Virus record (IMG/VR): IMGVR_UViG_3300048598_000595 | Direction: 5' to 3' (one strand) | DNA: 64,000 nucleotides | Origin: an uncultured virus (IMG/VR IMGVR_UViG_3300048598_000595) | Lineage: Duplodnaviria; Heunggongvirae; Uroviricota; Caudoviricetes | Part shown: one piece after another, positions 57,760-64,000 of the stretch | How the letters are laid out: each line of letters starts with the position of its first letter | How positions within the stretch are numbered: position 1 is the stretch's first letter | The notes under the pieces: model-generated | Databases searched by the model: none | What the model was told of the DNA's origin: nothing | The model's input: only the letters and a program-made list of their open reading frames with translations | Position numbers and translations under genes: made by a program

Positions 57760-59272
57760 TTGGGGCGCTCGGAATACTTCCGAAGCTATACCCGTAAATT
57801 AACATACGTTCATCAATCCGGTCATTCCGATACTTTACCTGAAACTTTTTGCCGGTCAGCGGCGGGTCGAAATTTATTTCCGTCAACAAACTATCTCGTG
57901 ATCCCCATGGTGAATTCCAAGGGTCAGTCCAGAGCCGGGTAGTAGTCAGAGGGACATTTGTTTCAACATGAGAATCTTCTACTGATTTTATTTCAATGTC
58001 GGTCGTGCTAACCTCCGCCACCGGCCCTGATTCAACCAACAATTTACCAACCGTCTTATGATTGTTGGGCCGTCCCAAATTAACCCGTTTACAATCAACT
58101 TTTTGGTCTATTGTCATCCCGGCGTCACTGGTCCCAGTTCGAACTTTATATATATACCCGTTTCCCGCAAACAAAAGATCCCCATTGGCCCGGAGGCACC
58201 AATCATTCACTTGCCAACCGGTATAATGCCAAAACGCTCGGGTCCCCCACCGGTGAACCATTACCCGGTTGTTTCTTGTTGCGCCGGCTGTTTTGGTATA
58301 AGCCACGAATAAAAGCCCAGTGAGCGGGTCATAAACCGAACATGCCAAATCAGGCCGGACCTTAGAGGCGGCAATGATGTTCTTAGTCTGTTTTCCAAAT
58401 GCAAGATTAGGAACCAGGTCATTGGCCGTTTGAATAGTAACATTGTAATTTAATACAGCCGGAGTAATCATCCATAGACCACTATTACCCATATAGGTAA
58501 GAGAACCAGGCGTAAGACTGTTAGAGAAATTATTATGGGTTCCTTCCGGAAGTGGTATTCTAGCCCATTCAACATCAAGTTCCGGATCGGTCCCGCGCCA
58601 TATTCTGGCGCCATATTTATAAAATGCTATGATATTTCCCGCAAAATCTGGTAATCCTAGAAGGTTCCCCATGGCCCGGGTGGGATATAAAATTGAACCC
58701 GGTTGAACATTGTTGGGTTCATTTGCCTCCGAATACATTAACCCAATTTTGTCGCTGGAATTCCCTCCGAACAACCACCGATAACTTTTATCATGCCATA
58801 CGGCAAACTTGCAATTTTTTACGAAGTTCAGATCGGCTCCATCCGCCGCGATTACTTCTGATAAAGTGGTGCCATTATACGTATAATAGTTCCCGGCCAT
58901 ATAATCAATAATGTATAAATTAGTTTGAAACGGGAAATTCGGTAGTTTACCGGCTCCACCCATGGCCTGAATTAATGTAGCGGTCCCATCGTTAGCCACC
59001 TTGTGAAAAGAATTGCCGATCATTGCCATTAATTGGGCAGTACCGTCCGGCTTTAACCATTCAAAAACCTGTTCGACTTGAGCACCATAACTTTCCTCAT
59101 TTAAAGCGGTGCAGCCGAGCCGGGTTTCAAATCCCCCGGCAATATTAAAATCAACATTTTCTCCGACTTCTACCTCATTGTCAGCCAGATTGTCCGGATG
59201 GGCATCAACATTTTCTCCACCAGAAAAGTCGTTGTATCCCATCCAATCCAGTCCATCTATATCAATTGCCAT
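57743..59272 (-). CDS. Tail nozzle/stabilisation protein
   Basis: DFSGGEN start, beta-rich, synteny after the adaptor gene. Confidence 0.7.
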   Translation of the reverse strand: MAIDIDGLDWMGYNDFSGGENVDAHPDNLADNEVEVGENVDFNIAGGFETRLGCTALNEESYGAQVEQVFEWLKPDGTAQLMAMIGNSFHKVANDGTATLIQAMGGAGKLPNFPFQTNLYIIDYMAGNYYTYNGTTLSEVIAADGADLNFVKNCKFAVWHDKSYRWLFGGNSSDKIGLMYSEANEPNNVQPGSILYPTRAMGNLLGLPDFAGNIIAFYKYGARIWRGTDPELDVEWARIPLPEGTHNNFSNSLTPGSLTYMGNSGLWMITPAVLNYNVTIQTANDLVPNLAFGKQTKNIIAASKVRPDLACSVYDPLTGLLFVAYTKTAGATRNNRVMVHRWGTRAFWHYTGWQVNDWCLRANGDLLFAGNGYIYKVRTGTSDAGMTIDQKVDCKRVNLGRPNNHKTVGKLLVESGPVAEVSTTDIEIKSVEDSHVETNVPLTTTRLWTDPWNSPWGSRDSLLTEINFDPPLTGKKFQVKYRNDRIDERMLIYGYSFGSIPSAPIGERR

Positions 59273-59817
59273 TATCTAATCACCTTCCATTGAGCGGAGC
59301 CGCTTTTACCCTTATTAATAGAACGCCATTTCACATCGATTAAATTTCGAAAATCAGTTACTAACGCGCTTCCAAATTCGTCTTTTCCTTCCCATTTTGA
59401 AAGACGGCTATAACTAATCATAAACTCCCAAAGCGCATCAATATATATTGGATGCACTTCTAATTCAGATGTAAGCGCTATTGGCATACTCGGAAGCGCT
59501 TTATAATGAATGACATAATTATCACTATGGACAAACCACATATCCCGCCCACGACGACGCCACTGGGAATAAATCGTATTGTTTTTGTCGTCGATATTAA
59601 CTTCCGTCACGCCCAGATTGTTTTCGGGGAGAACGTTGCTATGCCAGGTTAATCCGGTATAAGCGGCGGAAACTATTTCATACTCATAACCACTTTTATC
59701 AGCGATTAATGATAAGGCAATTTTCATGGCCGACACCGCTTTATCATTGGTAATCGTCACGGTTGTGCCGGTAAAATTTTCGGCCAAAGTTTTAATATCT
59801 TGCACGGTGATAGGCAA
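59272..59817 (-). CDS. Head-tail adaptor protein
   Basis: Synteny; YKALP...LEVHPIYIDAL. Confidence 0.55.
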   Translation of the reverse strand: MPITVQDIKTLAENFTGTTVTITNDKAVSAMKIALSLIADKSGYEYEIVSAAYTGLTWHSNVLPENNLGVTEVNIDDKNNTIYSQWRRRGRDMWFVHSDNYVIHYKALPSMPIALTSELEVHPIYIDALWEFMISYSRLSKWEGKDEFGSALVTDFRNLIDVKWRSINKGKSGSAQWKVIR

Positions 59818-59844
59818 ATCAATCAGCCCCTTTCAAAAAGGAAT

Positions 59845-59868
59845 AAAAAAGGGCGACTTGCGCCGCCC
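59845..59868 (-). terminator. Intrinsic terminator
   Basis: gggcg/cgccc stem plus T6 on the minus strand. Confidence 0.55.
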
Positions 59869-59901
59869 TGGGTGAATATTATGATTGTTATTTTAAGTGA
59901 A

Positions 59902-60366
59902 TTATTCGATGATTATCCAGTCTTCGGCTAACATATCCGCTTGACTTGCCAACCATCCTGGTTGCCATTGTTGGCTAGCGGTCCACATTGCAATATATGG
60001 TTGACTGTCCAACGGGGTATCTTTCCCGATATGTTTGGCGGTCCGGTCGTTTACTTTTGCGCCGGGTTCCTGAGACGAAAACGGTGGAAGTTTTAACCCT
60101 GGCATTAAAACGATCCACATTCCTTTTCCATTCCACCCGGCCCGGGCAATCTTGTGACCTTTTTTCAAAGCTTCGACGGCCAGGCCGAAAGTTAATCCGG
60201 TAATTGGCCGATAAGCTTCAATAAAAACTTCCTTTGGTGACTAACTTACATACCCATCGGGATATTTAACCGTATATCCCATTTCACCCGCTGGATGACC
60301 ATAATTATCTTTTGGATTTGGTCCGGGTTCAGCCTCAACAACCTTAACTCCTAAATACTTTGCCAA
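59902..60366 (-). pseudogene. tad2: Tad2 (DUF2829)-domain fusion gene interrupted by in-frame TAG at codon 42
   Basis: TTG start with GGAGG RBS; GYVS*SPKEVF; FGLAVEALKKGHKIARAGWNGKG...WLASQADMLAEDW. Confidence 0.8.
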
Positions 60367-60383
60367 ATCAAATTACCTCCGTC

Positions 60384-60704
60384 TTATTTTATATGCCCAA
60401 CCAAGGCGACTTCACCATAATTCCCCCCAGCTCCGCTAGCCGCCAAAATAGCGCTTACCGCATTCCCCAACGTACACATTACGCCATATAGTGGAATACT
60501 TACATCGTTACGAACATAATAACTAAAAATTACAGTATCGCCATCCTTCACTTGAAGAAGAACCGGTGTCGATGGATTGGTTTTAAAGCTGGCCGCGACC
60601 ATATCCAGGCAATAAATATTACCAGTGGAAGCGGCTTTTAATGCGGTAGCCGCGGCGTTATCTTTGGAATCTTTTACAATCCAAGCCCTTGAAAAATCAT
60701 TCAT
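60384..60704 (-). CDS. Small virion structural protein
   Basis: Beta-rich, in the head operon. Confidence 0.5.
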   Translation of the reverse strand: MNDFSRAWIVKDSKDNAAATALKAASTGNIYCLDMVAASFKTNPSTPVLLQVKDGDTVIFSYYVRNDVSIPLYGVMCTLGNAVSAILAASGAGGNYGEVALVGHIK

Positions 60705-60713
60705 AGGTCCTCC

Positions 60714-61046
60714 TTACGCCAATCCAATGGCTATGAAATCAACCGTTACCGTGCTTAAGTTTGTTCCCGCCGCCACCTCCGTACCGGCTGCAACGTAAGC
60801 CAAAATATTACCGGTATCCGGGTCGAATTTGACGGCAGCCACTGTGGCGGTAACTGGGAAAGTTCCAAAAACAACTCGTTGAACTCGTTTAAAATCAGCG
60901 GCTATTCCCAAATCTTCCCCGCCCGTTGCATACGAATTAGAAAATGTATATTCTCCGGAAATGATTTTTTTTGTATCCATACCGCCACCGCGAATCTGAC
61001 CGTTTGCGCCGTCGCTATGGTCTTTTGTCACTCCCATCACAAACAC
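60714..61046 (-). CDS. Capsid cement/decoration-like protein
   Basis: SYATGG...EVAAGTNLS...FIAIG. Confidence 0.55.
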   Translation of the reverse strand: MFVMGVTKDHSDGANGQIRGGGMDTKKIISGEYTFSNSYATGGEDLGIAADFKRVQRVVFGTFPVTATVAAVKFDPDTGNILAYVAAGTEVAAGTNLSTVTVDFIAIGLA

Positions 61047-61074
61047 CTCTTTTCATTAAAATAATACTGCCCCG

Positions 61075-61533
61075 TTATGATTGCTCGAATGAAATCATAG
61101 CGACCATTACCATTGAATCTGAATCATCCGGATCAGATAATGTTCCTAACTCTTTTCCAAAGTTGGGGAGTTTTTGAATAGCCTTAATCAAGTCCGGATT
61201 GTCAGTTTCAAAGAAACCTTGGTCGAACTTTATTTTGCCAAACTTTTTAACCGGAATTTCCTCGTTTTCGTCAAGTGCCTCCGGAAGGCATTGAAAACGG
61301 GCTTTAGTAATTTGCTTGGGCTTTTCATCGCCGATCGGAATCATCTTCTCCAGTTTGATTTCCGAATCGATATACTGACTAGCCAGTATTTTCTTAGTCA
61401 GCTTTGGGTCAGTTGTTTCAAATACGCCACGAAACCCCTGTTTGGTGAATTTGATGGTAGTATCTCCGATTGTGAACCGACCTCCCGGGTGATGCAGGCT
61501 GACAAAAACCGCTTTCATTATTGTTTTGCTCAT
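61075..61533 (-). CDS. Head-associated protein with a duplicated motif
   Basis: IKF..G.FETTDP and IKFDQGFFETDNP. Confidence 0.55.
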   Translation of the reverse strand: MSKTIMKAVFVSLHHPGGRFTIGDTTIKFTKQGFRGVFETTDPKLTKKILASQYIDSEIKLEKMIPIGDEKPKQITKARFQCLPEALDENEEIPVKKFGKIKFDQGFFETDNPDLIKAIQKLPNFGKELGTLSDPDDSDSMVMVAMISFEQS

Positions 61534-61615
61534 AATAAAATCCTTTCTAAAAAAGAAGGGACGATTGTAATCAACCGCCCTTTCATTTTGTTTGAATTTG
61601 TACTTTAATTATTGT

Positions 61616-62836
61616 TTAGCCGGTCGCGCCGGTGACGACGGCATGGGTTTTTTGATTTTGAAGTTCAAGGGTCGGCATTGCCCAGTACTCATCTTTCCAC
61701 CCATGCCGGTCATTCTCTTGGATATTGCGGTCCAACTTGATATTGTACGTTTTAGAACCATCTTTGAAGAATTTGAGCCGTAATCGTTTCATATGCAATC
61801 CGATCCCCATCCCGGTCCATGAACCACCGGCCAATTCAAGACTGGGAGCAAGGACCAGTTTACCATGAGGGGATTGATAATACTGCAATTGCATACCATA
61901 AGTTTCCTCTTTGGAAGTAGTCTGCAGTTTACCAATGCTCCAACCGGCCATAATGCTGGGCCATTTCGGGCCGCATACAAACAAAGCGTTTTCCTTGTCA
62001 TAAGCGAAAAGCGGTTCACAGAAATTGTCAATGAACGCTTTTTCGGTTACAATTCCCCCAGCGGCCCAGTAGTTCTCGGTGACCATCTCCAAAATTCCAC
62101 CCATGGCCTTTTTACGGTTAGCAGTATCGTTCTTTTTCTTACCTGCGATACAAGTCCGCTCAATCATCCGTTTAAACTCAATACCTTTGTCCGTAGTCAA
62201 CCGTTGACGTTCAGTCTCGCTGCTCCGGAGTGCCTGGTTGGCAAGCAGAGAAGCATCAAAAGGAAGCCGTAATTCTTGAACGTAGTTGCTCACCAAAGTC
62301 GGCTGGTGAACTCTGGTACCGGGAGCCGTGGAATTTTCCTCCATGGCCGGACCGAGATTACACAGATATTGATTATCGGCAATTGTTTGAGCGGTACCGG
62401 TCCATGCCCTAGCGGCTACTGTGACGGTATTGGTATTTTCGGTCAAATCAACGGCTGTAACTACCGCTGTTTCCAATACCAGTCCCGCTAAACTAACTAC
62501 CGCAATAATATCTTTGGCGGTGAAAATACTGGCATCGTCAACCGGCCAGGTAGTAACAGAACTATTATTACCGCCGCGGCTCGGAGTCCACACCACAGTA
62601 GGGTCTTGCTCATACCAATTAATAGTATCCTGACTGGTCGTTTCTTTCGAAATCTCCAGCAAAATTGTGGTGAAAATACTGGACTCCGGAGCAAGCCGGG
62701 CAATCTTGGCCGTAACATCTAACTCTTTCCTGGTGGTGTCAATAGCGTCCGAATAGACCGGACCAGCAGCCGCCGACATCATAAGACAAAACGGCCCTAA
62801 AAAGGCCGTCCGAAAAAGCTTTAACCATTTATTCAT
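61616..62836 (-). CDS. Major capsid protein (DUF5309-like)
   Basis: NWYEQD, NYVQELR, AMGGIL, YQSPHGKL, TLELQNQKTHAVVTG. Confidence 0.8.
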   Translation of the reverse strand: MNKWLKLFRTAFLGPFCLMMSAAAGPVYSDAIDTTRKELDVTAKIARLAPESSIFTTILLEISKETTSQDTINWYEQDPTVVWTPSRGGNNSSVTTWPVDDASIFTAKDIIAVVSLAGLVLETAVVTAVDLTENTNTVTVAARAWTGTAQTIADNQYLCNLGPAMEENSTAPGTRVHQPTLVSNYVQELRLPFDASLLANQALRSSETERQRLTTDKGIEFKRMIERTCIAGKKKNDTANRKKAMGGILEMVTENYWAAGGIVTEKAFIDNFCEPLFAYDKENALFVCGPKWPSIMAGWSIGKLQTTSKEETYGMQLQYYQSPHGKLVLAPSLELAGGSWTGMGIGLHMKRLRLKFFKDGSKTYNIKLDRNIQENDRHGWKDEYWAMPTLELQNQKTHAVVTGATG

Positions 62837-62895
62837 TTTAAAACACCTCTACCCTTTCAGTAAATTTTAAACGCCAGAGGTGTTTCCCTTGGCGC

Positions 62896-63975
62896 TTATC
62901 CAAACATACCTTTCCTCGCTCCACCGCCACCGAAGATATTATCAATTAATTGTTCGTCTCCGGATTTCGGTTCTAGCTTATTACCACCGACACCGGTCTG
63001 GATGCTTAACCCGGTTTTACTGGCCTCGATTGTAGCAGTATCTTGCTCGGAAGTCACCTTTGCCAGTTTGCCAAGCTGTTTTTGCAATTTGACTTTACCA
63101 TATGCGTCCAAAATGACCTGTTCACGCAGTCCTTTTTCACCCGGCATTTTATAAACCAGGTCAAGCATTTGTGGATTAGCTTTGATATGTTCGAAAATAT
63201 CATTTGCATATTCTTCTAAATCATTGTCACCATGCTGAGAAATGATATTTTCTACTTTTAATTTGGCATCATTCCAGGCCGTTTGGTCTTGGTTATGCTG
63301 GGCCATGTTAAGCACTCCGGATTGTTGGAGCAATTGAGTAAGTTTCACCGCTTCTAAATTCAGCCGGGCCTCAAACTGTTTGGTTAGCCTGGCCTCTCGT
63401 TTGGCGTCCCGTTCTCTTAATGCTTCAACTGGGTCAATTTCAAAACGTTCCGCAAATTCGGTGAAGTCTTCTTCCGGCTCGGCGGTTTCCTGTAACACTT
63501 GATTGCTGGTTTGAATGATTTTTTGTAGTTCTTGATCTAAAGTTGCTTGTTGGGTCTGAACCTGCGTTTGAATCGTTTGTGGAGTGGAAGGAGCGACATT
63601 CCTGATTTCACCCCGGCCGATTTTTTGGCGAAGACCATTATAAAATCCTTCCCGGTCCTCGGTATTATTTAAAGTTTTCCAGTCAATCGGAGTGCCTGTA
63701 AGTTCAGCCGCTTCCATAATGCCGTGAATAAGTTCTCCCTCAGTTTTGAAGCGGTTCGCAAGCAATTTTTCTTGAGTTGTTGTATCGATTTTGACTTCGG
63801 TCTGCGTGGCCGGCACTTCCGTTTTAACTTCGGCGGAAGTTACCGGGGCCTGGGTTTCGGGCGCTTTCTTTTCGACGTGGCCATCTGTGGTCGGCGTGGC
63901 CGTCTCGGTGACGGGGCTTTCCTCCGGGGTCGAGTCCAGCGTTAAACCAATTCCCTCGTTGTCAAACATACCCAT
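62896..63975 (-). CDS. Capsid scaffolding protein
   Basis: Acidic N-terminus, KLLANRFKT motif, coiled coils, upstream of the capsid gene. Confidence 0.65.
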   Translation of the reverse strand: MGMFDNEGIGLTLDSTPEESPVTETATPTTDGHVEKKAPETQAPVTSAEVKTEVPATQTEVKIDTTTQEKLLANRFKTEGELIHGIMEAAELTGTPIDWKTLNNTEDREGFYNGLRQKIGRGEIRNVAPSTPQTIQTQVQTQQATLDQELQKIIQTSNQVLQETAEPEEDFTEFAERFEIDPVEALRERDAKREARLTKQFEARLNLEAVKLTQLLQQSGVLNMAQHNQDQTAWNDAKLKVENIISQHGDNDLEEYANDIFEHIKANPQMLDLVYKMPGEKGLREQVILDAYGKVKLQKQLGKLAKVTSEQDTATIEASKTGLSIQTGVGGNKLEPKSGDEQLIDNIFGGGGARKGMFG

Positions 63976-64000
63976 AATAAATCAATCCTTTCAAGGTTTT

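Larger units (their letters stand above)
43753..64000. mobile_element. Prophage 2 (different podovirus), continuing beyond the window
   Basis: Second set of lysis, ejection, tail, capsid and scaffold genes on the minus strand. Confidence 0.9.

Noticed and set aside
60241..60243. Genome-wide TAG recoding
   Set aside because: TAG ends normal genes (17997, 22207, 48025), and other long ORFs are uninterrupted.

Overview
The window holds two prophages in tandem and in the same orientation, plus about 1.2 kb of flanking sequence that probably belongs to another island. Prophage 1 (~1268-43771, ~42.5 kb) looks complete. It is a temperate podovirus with BPP-1/epsilon15-like morphogenesis genes: lysis genes, repeat tail fibre, ejection proteins, tail tubes, capsid, portal, terminase, replication initiator plus DnaB, many early accessory genes, a cI/cro switch and a large serine integrase. 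A 19-bp near-identical repeat resembling the antisense of a tmRNA 3' end bounds it. Prophage 2 (~43753 to beyond 64000) is a different podovirus; only its accessory end, lysis, ejection, tail, capsid and scaffold genes are in the window. The host is probably a diderm Firmicute (inference from a Prp-type cleavage motif, a Gram-positive LexA box, spanin-like genes and a beta-signal protein). Most notable observations: (1) a Tad1-like anti-defence cassette flanked by 32-bp inverted repeats, possibly invertible; (2) in both phages, a conserved promoter and signal-peptide leader fused to unrelated secreted cargo and set tail-to-tail with the tail-fibre gene; (3) in both phages, a nested dual-frame, non-lipoprotein spanin-like pair; (4) an att site inside the integrase gene that swaps its C-terminus; (5) a lox-like 34-bp site beside a small tyrosine recombinase; (6) an A_AAA_AAG frameshift in a DNA methyltransferase; (7) an amber-interrupted Tad2 fusion; (8) several structured non-coding elements. 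All family calls come from reading motifs by eye; no searches were run.
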